In this document: in pieces, positions 30,266 through 32,000 of the stretch | Numbering within the stretch: the stretch's first letter is position 1 | Layout of the letters: each line of letters opens with the position of its first letter | Assembly (NCBI GenBank): GCA_000008885.1 | Contig: BA000021.3 | Coordinates: forward strand, 390,001-422,000 | Source of the DNA: Wigglesworthia glossinidia endosymbiont of Glossina brevipalpis | Lineage (GTDB): Bacteria; Pseudomonadota; Gammaproteobacteria; Enterobacterales; Enterobacteriaceae | Length of the DNA: 32,000 nt | Direction of reading: 5' to 3' | Notes under the pieces: generated by a model | Database searches by the model: none | What the model was told of the DNA's origin: nothing | What the model saw: the letters and a program-made list of their open reading frames with translations, nothing else | Made by a program: the position numbers and the translations under genes

Positions 30266-31060
30266 ATGGGATTACTCAAAGGTAAAAAAATATTAATTAC
30301 TGGAATAGCTAACAAATATTCTATATCTTATGGAATTGCATGCGCAATGCATAGAGAAAAAGCAGATTTAGCATTTACCTATCAAAATGAAAAAATAAAA
30401 AAAAGAGTTGAAAAATTTGCCAAAGAAACTTTTTTTTCTGATTTAATTTTCCCTTGTAATGTTAATGAAGAGAAAAATATTTATGATTTGTTTGAAAAAT
30501 TAAAAAAAATATGGCCTAAATTTGATGGATTTGTTCATTCTATAGCCTATACTAATCCAGATCAATTATCAGGAAGATATCTTGACGTAATAAACAAAGA
30601 GGGATTTGAATGTTCTCAAAACATTAGTGCATATAGTTTTTCTTCTATGTCAAAGATAAGCAAGTCAATGCTGAATTCTGAATCAAGTTTAATTACAATA
30701 ACATATTTAGGATCAGAAAGAGTTGTCCCTTATTATAATACTATGGGAATAGCTAAAGCATCTTTAGAATCAAGTGTTAGATATATAGCTCATGATCTAG
30801 GATCAAAAAATATTAGAGTTAATGCAATTTCTGCTGCACCTATTAAAACACTATCTTCTTCTGGAATTAAAAATTTTAAAAAAATGCTTTATTTGTATGA
30901 AAACGTTTCTCCATTAAAATGTAAAATAGGTATTTCAGAAATAGGAAATGTTGCTGTTTTTTTATGTTCTAATTTATCATCTGGAATAACTGGTGAAATA
31001 ATTCATGTAGATAGAGGCTTTCATATTATGTCTGGATCTTTATATGATAGTAAAATTTAA
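30266..31060 (+). CDS. fabI: enoyl-[acyl-carrier-protein] reductase (NADH)
   Basis: 264-aa ORF. MGLLKGKKILITGIANKYSISYGIACAMHREKADLAFTYQNEK is nearly collinear with the E. coli FabI N-terminus. The Y-x6-K catalytic pair (YNTMGIAK) is present. Confidence 0.93.
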   Translation: MGLLKGKKILITGIANKYSISYGIACAMHREKADLAFTYQNEKIKKRVEKFAKETFFSDLIFPCNVNEEKNIYDLFEKLKKIWPKFDGFVHSIAYTNPDQLSGRYLDVINKEGFECSQNISAYSFSSMSKISKSMLNSESSLITITYLGSERVVPYYNTMGIAKASLESSVRYIAHDLGSKNIRVNAISAAPIKTLSSSGIKNFKKMLYLYENVSPLKCKIGISEIGNVAVFLCSNLSSGITGEIIHVDRGFHIMSGSLYDSKI

Positions 31061-31113
31061 AAAATTAAAATAATTTTTTTAAAAAAAATAAATTTTTTAT
31101 TTATTGGAAATTT

Positions 31114-31812
31114 CTAAATATTATTTAATTTTGATAAAATTTTTTCTAATAATAAATATGGGTTGCTTGATTTAGTAATAGGTCTACCAATCACTATATA
31201 ATTAGATCCAGATTTTATAGCGTCGTATGGATTCATTACTCTTTTTTGATCATTATAATTTGTATTTTTAAACCTTATTCCAGGAGTTACAATAATAAAA
31301 TTATTTCCAAATTTTTTTCTTACTTTTTCAGCTTCCCAAGGGGAGCATACAATACCATCTAATCCACATTTATAAGCGTTATTAGATAAATGAATTACAT
31401 GATTTATTATTTTTGTAAAAATTTTTGATTTGCTTAAATCTGATTTTTCCATGCTAGTAAGAACTGTAACTGCAATAAGTTTTGGAGGATTATTTATATG
31501 TGACAAAGCATCTTTAGCAGCAGTCATCATATTATATCCTCCACTAGCATGAACATTAACCATCCATATTCCAAATTTTGCTAGCGAAAATATTGTTTTT
31601 TTTATTGTATTAGGAATGTCGTAAAGCTTTAAATCTAAAAAAATTTTAAATCCATTTTTTTGTAAAAAGTTGATTAAAAAAAATCCTGAATTAATAAATA
31701 ATTCATGTCCAATTTTTAATTGGCATTGATCTGGGGAAATCTTTTTAGAAAAAGATATAGCTTTTTTTGGGTTAGAATAATCTAAAGCTACAATAATTGG
31801 AGATAGTTTCAT
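31114..31812 (-). CDS. pyrF: orotidine-5'-phosphate decarboxylase
   Basis: 232-aa ORF. IIVALDY, FLDLKLYDIPNT (catalytic DxKxxD) and IVIGRPI are present. Confidence 0.9.
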   Translation of the reverse strand: MKLSPIIVALDYSNPKKAISFSKKISPDQCQLKIGHELFINSGFFLINFLQKNGFKIFLDLKLYDIPNTIKKTIFSLAKFGIWMVNVHASGGYNMMTAAKDALSHINNPPKLIAVTVLTSMEKSDLSKSKIFTKIINHVIHLSNNAYKCGLDGIVCSPWEAEKVRKKFGNNFIIVTPGIRFKNTNYNDQKRVMNPYDAIKSGSNYIVIGRPITKSSNPYLLLEKILSKLNNI

Positions 31813-32000
31813 TATTTTTTAACGCATTTGTAATATAAGTTGTTTTTCTAAATAAAAAAGCATTAAAAATATTAAATAATAGTTTTTAAAAAATTAATAA
31901 TATTAATAGTATAAAATATTGTTATAAAATTTCTATTTTTATTTTAATAAAATTTTCTTTAAAAATTAATTCTATAAGAATAAATTTAATTTTATTAAAT

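Overview
This is an extremely AT-rich, gene-dense stretch of a reduced chromosome from an Enterobacterales-derived endosymbiont. Spot counts give about 20% G+C in typical genes. It keeps LPS, lipoprotein and murein genes (kdsA, lolB, lpp, an L,D-transpeptidase) together with cofactor genes (ribE, pdxH, nadE, hemA, suf). That repertoire and the composition resemble Wigglesworthia-type insect symbionts, but this cannot be confirmed without a database search. I support 34 protein genes (one frameshifted, one running off the left edge), one tRNA-Val(GAC) and one clear intrinsic terminator. As I recall the E. coli K-12 map, the genes fall in blocks collinear with it: purC-dapA/purM; valV-ribE-grxD-rnt-slyA-pdxH-tyrS-nth; kdsA-prmC-prfA-hemA/lolB-ispE-prs-pth-ychF; eno-pyrG; lpp-sufEDCBA(S); fabI; pyrF. 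I found no IS elements, integrases, prophage genes, CRISPR arrays, long repeats, or toxin or defence modules. I also see no convincing novel multi-gene system; this is mostly ordinary core genome. The items most worth a second look are listed here. (1) slyA is a compositional island with a nearly enteric protein sequence, downstream of the largest non-coding spacer. (2) A secreted single-HKD (Nuc-like) phospholipase-D-family nuclease sits 8 nt upstream of nth and is the only gene without a K-12 syntenic counterpart. (3) lolB is frameshifted and flanked by three 9-nt homopolymers, although lpp and its L,D-transpeptidase are intact. (4) A perfect GC-rich hairpin built from atypical codons lies inside the 3' end of sufE, about 100 nt downstream of the convergent lpp.
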